A stretch of 64,000 bases of DNA from Chrysomallon squamiferum. Lineage: Eukaryota > Animalia > Mollusca. Location of the stretch: the NCBI GenBank assembly GCA_012295275.1, contig CM022670.1, forward strand, positions 10,106,001 to 10,170,000, given 5' to 3'. Below the pieces are notes generated by a model that was not told the origin of the DNA, made no database searches, and saw only the letters and a list, made by a program, of their open reading frames with translations. The first letter of the stretch is position 1. Each line of letters starts with the position of its first letter. Of the stretch, positions 55,981 through 64,000 are shown piece by piece. The position numbers and the translations under genes were made by a program.

Positions 55981-58328
55981 ACACAGATATATCTGTATTT
56001 ATATATATATAAAATAATCGTTTATTTAATTATTTTTATTATTATTACTTATTTATTTTTCAAAATATACGTTTACATTATTATTATGTAAATCATCTTC
56101 ACAAATGTTTATTAAAATAATTCAGTTATTTATAATGAAACTTCTTTTGCCTTGAATGGATAATGTTATTTTTAATCCTTAGTGCAAGGAATCTTTTTAA
56201 TTCTGTGGAATAATAATTTGTTTTAAAATTCTTAATAAATTCTGAAATCTGTCTCATTTAGACAGTTAATCCATTATTCAAGAACTTTTGTCCGTTAGAA
56301 AATTAAAATTAACAAATTTCTGATATTATCATATTTCAACCATTACATATAAATTTATATTTAATAGACATCTATAAAATTATAAACTGGTTTCCAGTAT
56401 TGAGCACCATGTACAGAGAAAATAAAAACATCTGGTAATGGCTTTATCAGATATAAATTTAAAACATTAATAGCAGATGGTGTCTTATTGGTTTGAATAG
56501 AAAAACTATGCAACATAGAAAAAGGTGTGTGGTAGGTTACATTTTAATCCAAATTTTATTTTATCATTAATTTGATTTTCTTTATATAACTTTAAAGTAT
56601 TCCAATTTACTGACTGGGCCGTTTTATTTTTGGTATTCTTACCCAAACTGTTAAGTTTGACACATAACAATTGTTAATTTCAAACATCTTGATCAACAAA
56701 TAATTATTAATGAGTTTGATAAAGAAATATTTAATGACTGAAATATTATTTTGTTAGGTAAAGAAACATTTAATGATTGAAACAAGGTATGAAGGTGTTT
56801 TGGTGTTTTTTTTTTGTCTTTGGGAAATTGATACTCTTTACTTGTCAGTATCAAGTGATATTCAAAATGAATTAAAACAAAAACTAATATATCAATAAGG
56901 ATAAGATATTTATTTTATATCATCTTTCTGAGCATGTAATATAAAATCTGGGTCAAACATCTGTACATAAAGTAATAATTAGTTTTATTTCAATTGTTAC
57001 ATTGTGACACTTAATTTCAGATAATATTCTTTCTTCTTCTTCTTTTTTTTTTTTTTTTATATTGTAAAATATTTCACCACATCATACTGAATAATGTAAA
57101 TATTAAATAAAATCTTTGGTTATATTACAAATTTTCTGCACAAGGCACAGTAACATTTACTTATATATACAATTTTATTTCACTTATATATTTTTTTTTC
57201 ACCCTCTCTTTCTCTGCCAATACCCAGTATAGTTTCATTATCTTGATTGAAATAGAAAAACTGTAATATTTCTGAATGTCTTATCTTTATCTGATACATA
57301 AAATACATTATGTATGCTTTCAAATTACTGTCGTATTAGTTTCTCAACAGTAATCTTTGCTAACAATAAAGTATAACAACAACAAAACAAAAATAACCCT
57401 GTGAGGATGCCTTAAATCTTACGTATTTCTTGTTGATTTTTTAAACATCATTTGATACACTGATGTTACAAAGAAATCTCACATTGGCATCATCATATTA
57501 CTGGTGTTTATTTTATATTCCTGTTTAAAAAATAACACTGTGATAAAACATTATCCTCACATACACATTACTTCATTCCAATACTTTATTAACAGCAAAT
57601 CCTAAATTTACTTAAGTATTTGATATATTTATATATATATATATATAATATTAAACTCTTGCACATCAAACTTATTTACAATTAACTGACAAAATATTCA
57701 GTATTTATAATGCACCATCCATACACACATTTAAATCTTAAATAAAATAAAAATTAAAACATAATCTTCCATAAACCAAACATCTGAATAAAGGGTATTT
57801 CCATTTCAGTTTTGATTAATAAAAATCAACAATATATATACATGAAGGCAACACCCAGTAGTAGTTGTAGTAGTAGTAGCAGTAGTAGCAGTAGTTGTAG
57901 TAGTTGTAGTAGTTGTAGTAGTTGTAGTATAAGTAGTCAGTAGTGGTCTTACATTTTTGAGGCCCAGAGAATTAAGCTAGTAGTAGTAATAATAATAGTA
58001 ATACCAATGATAACAATCATAGTATAGTAACAATAACAGTATTAATAACTAATAATAACAGTAATAATAATGATACTACTACCACTACTACTATTACTAC
58101 TACTAATAATAATAAAAAAAAAAAAAAAAAAATTAAAATCCATGTAAATGTAACTAAATGTCACACTGTTATATGTTACAGTATCTTTTGATTACCACCA
58201 TATAAAATTTACCATACATACAGTAAAATATATATATATATATATATATATTACAAGATCATTTATTACTATACATTTCTTTTTAATGAATGACTGATTT
58301 TAAGGAATGGTTTGCATGAATGGGAAGA

Positions 58329-58366
<38 letters not shown>

Positions 58367-60261
58367 CAATCTAACATTTCCACGCAATCAGTTAAATAAC
58401 TATTACTGTTATTTGCAATATCGTCACATCACAGTGTGTTCACTTGAAGGAACTCTAGCTGTACCAACTTAACAATGTCTAACACTACTTAACAAACTTA
58501 AACAACAGTTCAACAGAACCATTTTAAAAGGCACATGACGTTTATGTATTTTTTTTTTTTTTTAAAAAGAAAAAAAAATCATTAATGAAAACCTTGTTCA
58601 GCACTGCTCTTTTGTGTCAAATGGTTTACTAACCATGTGTACTTTGGTTTAATCATTGCATGTATCTAGATTTTGACAAGTGTCAGAAAATAACCTGCAT
58701 TAAAATTAAAAGAATTAAGAATTTTAAATAAGTGCTTTAATAAAAATAATAATAATAATAACAATAACAATAACGATGATAATAATGATGACTGAAGATT
58801 TGATTTTAAATTTAAAAAAATGTTTATAGATAGATATAACAAAACTTTGAGAATGATAACTATCTGTAATGTTAAAATGTTTTTTTCTTTTTTAAACACT
58901 GCTTTACAGATCACCGGGTTGATTTTACATGTTTAATAATTTTATATAATTTGTATTTTAAATAAAACGTCATGATTGTTTGTGTGTGTGTGTATATGCA
59001 TACGCCTTAGGTACACTTTTGTGTAAGTAATTAAAAAAAAAACATATAATAATAAATAAAAAGCAATGAAAAGAACACTTGGTTATGTCAACATTTTCCT
59101 TTTTCTCTCTTTCTATAATTATGTAATTTTATATAAATATAAACAAATACACACAACACAGTAAATTCCATTTTAAAATGAGATTTCCAAAGTGAACATT
59201 TACAAGCTGGGTCTGTATTAAAACTATTAAGTTGTGCTGTGAGTTGTACCAATCACAAACTGAATATCAATAAACCTTTGACTATTTCAATAAACAAAAA
59301 CAAAAATAAAAATAGAAATAAATAAATATATACAATGTATTTATGTATAGACGTGTGAAGGAAAATAAAATAAATAAATAAATAAATAAACTGATAAATA
59401 AATCAAATTAATGAAGAACAAAAAGAGAAAAGATCTAACAATTGATAAAATCTTATAAATTAATCAATACACAATAACAAGGCTGCTTTGTCAAGATTTG
59501 GCATAATGATTACTCATATGTGTACATGCAAACAGTCTGGTAGCTATATCAAGGGAAGTAATGGAAACAAGGAAATCAGCATACTTCTGTGTAACAAGTT
59601 GTTTTAGTTATTTGATTGTGCAGAGACATGTTCATGTTAAGATGGTCATTATTAGGATCACATCACAAATGAATTAACATTTCCTTATAATACTGATCAT
59701 TGCATTTGCCCTGTAATGAACTTATAATATGGCCTGAACTGATTATCAAGTATGTTTGGCTGAGAGATTTATTTTTGTTGTTGCTTTTCTTTCAAAGCTT
59801 GCTTCTCACATGAATGATAGTCCACATAGCTGTCATATGGCCTCTGTTTTTTAATACTGGATGGGAAAATTCACAAACTGTCTGATAATAACTTGTAGTA
59901 TGGCACAACTGACAGCAGATTAGTGTTATGTATGGTTGTCTAAATTATTCAAGGCTCTTCCCTATGTTGACAATGCTATGATCTGGGGGTTATAATGATA
60001 AAAAAAAAAAAAAAAAACGACTGCCATTTCTTTTTCTTTTTTTTAAAAGCTAGTTTCTCCAATTTACGTTACTCCATATAACATTCTTATATCATTTTCT
60101 AATACTGAACAAGAACTTGTTAGACTGTTCAGTAATCAGCTTGAATTAAGGCTTGACTTTATTGCTCATCATGTTTTTGTTTTTAAACCAGGTTCTTGTA
60201 TGGATATTATTCTTTGTCTCATTTATATATAGTTGTCTAATGTCATAAGTATTATTATTAA

Positions 60262-60308
<47 letters not shown>

Positions 60309-60853
60309 TATTCAAGAATATTACAAGATAATGGCATAGGAAAAACAAAGGGCTGTTATCCTATAAAAACAAACAAAATACAATATATACAAAAGGTACA
60401 GTGTTTTTTCAAACTGAAATAGTTATAGTACCAGTGACAAAAGACAATACTGCCATTTCACAGTTTTTGCTACATTATATATCCAGTGAAACTGATTGGA
60501 ATGTCATGTGATATAAGAAAGAAAAAATCATGGATAAAAACTGTTATAAATGTGGAGTATAATCAAATAATTAGGGAGAATGTGGAAGTAAAAAAAAAAA
60601 AGAAAAATGATAATAATAATAATAAAAAAAAAATTACCTAAAAAATAAATGTTTCTAGTTTAACATAAAAAAAAAACCAATATTCATGTTTTATTTCATT
60701 TTAAAAACTGTTAGAGGTGGGAAATTTCTGGTTATTTTGAGAAAAAAAAAAAACATCACTGAAAATAAACAGTTCACTGGTGACATTCATCCAGGATCAT
60801 TAGGAACACTATTAATGAACATCATCATCAACAATGTCTCCTTGTTAAGTCTG

Positions 60854-62156
60854 TCATCTAAGAGATTCGGCGAAATTATCAAGGTTTTCCTGCTGCACTG
60901 AAGTCAGGTTTCCACTCTTCTCCATTTTTGTAATTCCTAAAAGATTCCTAGGCTCCTCCAAAAGCTGTAAATATATAAACAGATAAGCTTTTTCTTTTAA
61001 TGGATTATCCGTAATTTGATAAAAATGCCTTATATAACACATACACCCCAATACACTCTTCTCCACTTTCATAACTTTAACAGATTCCTAGGCATCTGCA
61101 AATACTGTAAATATATAAATAAATACATTTTTTCTTTTACCAGATTATTTGTAACTTGATAAAAATGTTTTATAAAACCAAATACATGTAATGCAGTGAT
61201 ACGTGTGTGTTCACTGACAACAGCATAAACATGCTCCATATATTTTCAATGATTGTTGTATTACAAAACCTCAATCTTTACTAACAATAAATATGGTAAT
61301 AAAAAGGCTGATAAGATTCGTTTTAAGATGTTACTTCATAGAAAGTTCAAACTGTAAGAATCAAACGGCATTCCTGTCAGATATTTCTAATTTATTATAG
61401 ACACTTACATGAGTGATATCAAACTCATCGAAAAGTTCTTGAACAAAACGTCTGGTGAGTAACCGGAAGGAATAGTTGGCTAATAAGTGACTCACATCAG
61501 AATAGAAACATAAATCTTTGAAAGCTTTTGGAAATTTCTGTCTTAATCTGAAAAAAAAAATAAAAATAAAAATAAAAATAAAATAAAATGAAATGATTGC
61601 AAGAAGGTTTATAATAAACAACAGAACAACTATAAATATTTTATAAATATATTTAGGTATGTTAAAAAAAAACAATCTAAGAGATACAACTTTATAAGCA
61701 ATTACACCCTCCCCACCAAAAAAACAACAATAATAAATAAATAAATAAAAATAAAAACAGAAACAGAAATGGAAACATAAACAAAATTAAGTTAAAAAAT
61801 TTACCCCAAAAAACCCAATCCCAATTTAAAATTTTTAAAAATATTTTCCTGTTATGAAAAATGAAAACTGTAATTCACAATACTTGTTGTCAATATGTTA
61901 CGTATCAAATTAGTACTCTCAGTCTCAACCCCTCCAAGAAAAAGCAACCTTTTAAAGCTAATAAAATGTCACAGTAACAATGTAAAATTCATAAAACATC
62001 ACAGAAAGAATGCAGTTTAATGTACTGACGTGAGTAGTGTCTGCTCAGATCCTTTGAGTCCTACAGAACTACCAAGACTAACAACAAGTCTCAGAATTTC
62101 CTTTCTAACCAGAGTTCTGCCCTCAGGTGTGTCCTCACTCAACTTCTTGGGTGCTG

Positions 62157-62214
<58 letters not shown>

Positions 62215-63421
62215 CAACAATAATAACAGAAGAAATCACAGAAGAAATAACAATATAAATAATATTATTACTGCAAATGAAAGTATAAGATGCAAAAAAG
62301 TAAATCTGAGAGGATTCATATAACATCTATTAACTGCTTTGTGTGGAATTATTTCATATAAAGAAATGGGGAAAAAAAGAAAAAAGAAAAAGAAAACCTG
62401 ATAGTAGATCACTGAAAACTTTTTTAAAAATTTTTATTCACATTTTTGAGTTTGAAATATTATTACGGTAAGGAAAGATTCTCATGAATCTAATACTTTA
62501 TAATCATACTTTATTATTAGAAAGGTGGATGACTATTACAAAATAAACAAGTGATTTGGAAGTATACACCAAGACAAACATTTTCAACAAGCTATTCATG
62601 ATTACATTTGTAAATCAAACATTTTAATATAACAAATCATTTTACTAAATCAGTATTTTAAATGTTCAATTGCACGTATTAATAATTTTATCAGTTAACA
62701 AAGTTCACTACAAAAATTAAAAAAATTAAATATTCCCTTATTATATGTTACCTGAATCAGAACTTGTTTCACTTGTTCCACTTCCCGGTGTTTCAGAAGA
62801 TGCTATGATGCTCTCTCCCCTCGGTCGACTTGTTTTAATGCCCCCTGGAGAGCTGCCTGTATGACCTGTCCCTCCATCGGAATCACAGTCTATAGAGGGA
62901 ATTTCTATAATAAATAATTATAGAAAATTTAAAAAAATAATAAATATAAATAAAATTTAAAATATTTAAATTAAATTAAATAAATAAATTTAAAAGAAAA
63001 AAAAATCTTTTAACAAATCACAAACCACAATTATTATGGTGAAGAAAAAATAAATTAATAATTCAATAAAGATTATAAAATACTACTTAAAAAATAAATT
63101 TAAAAAAAAAAAAATAAAATAAAACTGAAAAACTACTGATTTGAAACTCCTAATTATAAATGAAAAACCAGATAATTTGTTTAAAATTTCATGTAATAGC
63201 TCTTTTTATTCTCCACTAATTTGTACCATTTCTTTAATACTTTTGCCCCAATCTTCTCCTCTGACAACACATTTTCATCTTACCATTGTATGCAGGGATA
63301 TAATCTTCTTCTTTGTGTGAGTGATTCGTTCGCCTGCAAACAAGACATATGTCTTCCTGGTGATCCACGATTGAGTCATACTTCAGTGTAGGAACATTAA
63401 CTGTCAATGAATCCTGCTTCA
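60854..63421 (-). CDS. RICTOR: Rapamycin-insensitive companion of mTOR, 3' exons (gene continues beyond the window)
   Basis: Exons 63421-63284, 62904 (or 62889)-62752, 62153-62030, 61547-61409, 60964-60854 join in frame. EDTPEGRTLVRKEILRLVVSLGSSVGLKGSEQTLLTLRQKFPKAFKDLCFYSDVSHLLANYSFRLLTRRFVQELF matches the conserved RICTOR C-terminal domain; HQEDICLVC resembles its His/Cys zinc-site segment. Confidence 0.92.
60912..61190. repeat. 140-bp tandem duplication covering the RICTOR last acceptor and the start of the terminal exon
   Basis: agattcctaggc...ctgtaaatatataaa...ttttctttta...gattat..gtaa.ttgataaaaatg occurs twice; acceptors precede 60964 and 61104. Confidence 0.9.
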
Positions 63422-64000
63422 CTGAAATTACAGAACAAAACAAAACAAAATGTAGGAGCTATTTAAATGTGATGAAAGAATTAATCTTTTGCAAGAAATT
63501 TATTAGTTTCCAAAGATTTTAAATATTCTGCAGTCTGTTATCCTAATAATAACAAAATGATATATTATGCAGATTATGTAAATGGTAAAAATTAAGGAAA
63601 TTATTTCATAATTATGATTTAGAATAAAAAGTAGCTCCTTTCACTCTAAGCTATTTAAAAATTAAATATTGTATATTCACAAGCACAAAAATGCACCTGA
63701 CATTTATTAAAGAACTTACAATTTAGTTTGCTGTTGTTTTGTGAATATTCATCTTTTGCTGAAACAGTTGACCTTTGATCTTCACCTTCAATGACCTAAA
63801 ATAATAATTTTTAAAACATTTATAATAATGTCTGTAAAGTTTAATAATATTTAGTGTTATGAAATATTACCTCATGCTTTGCTAGAACAAATGCTTAAAA
63901 TAAATAGTCTGATATTAAGAATCTCTTCAGAGACATTCTAATAAATTTCCACAAATGAAAAACAACCATATTAAATTAAATTTAGCCATCATATGGAAGA

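Overview
AT-rich, microsatellite-laden animal genomic DNA, probably a mollusc or other lophotrochozoan (inferred from the repeat content, not proven). All genes are on the minus strand. From right to left the window holds the last five coding exons of RICTOR (63421-60854), a CpG-rich promoter-like island (~55.3-56.0 kb), and three complete head-to-tail Src-family tyrosine kinase genes, here SFK-C (42441-32283), SFK-B (24655-18420) and SFK-A (11663-2930). Each has 10 coding exons whose GT/AG boundaries and phases I reconstructed by hand into one open frame. The main finding is a splicing cassette in SFK-C. The exon encoding the SH2 end, SH2-kinase linker and Gly-rich loop exists as two intact, diverged, same-phase copies (36078-35923 and 35425-35279), the same segment that is mutually exclusive in vertebrate Fyn (exons 7A/7B). 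A third truncated copy (from 36333) and a candidate 15-nt microexon (35198-35184) lie beside them. SFK-B and SFK-C also look re-wired for autoinhibition: an RxLPxxP SH3 ligand just before the SH3, no Trp260 equivalent, and a short linker. Short tandem duplications spanning splice sites recur across the window. Most short ORFs in the supplied track are simple-repeat artefacts.
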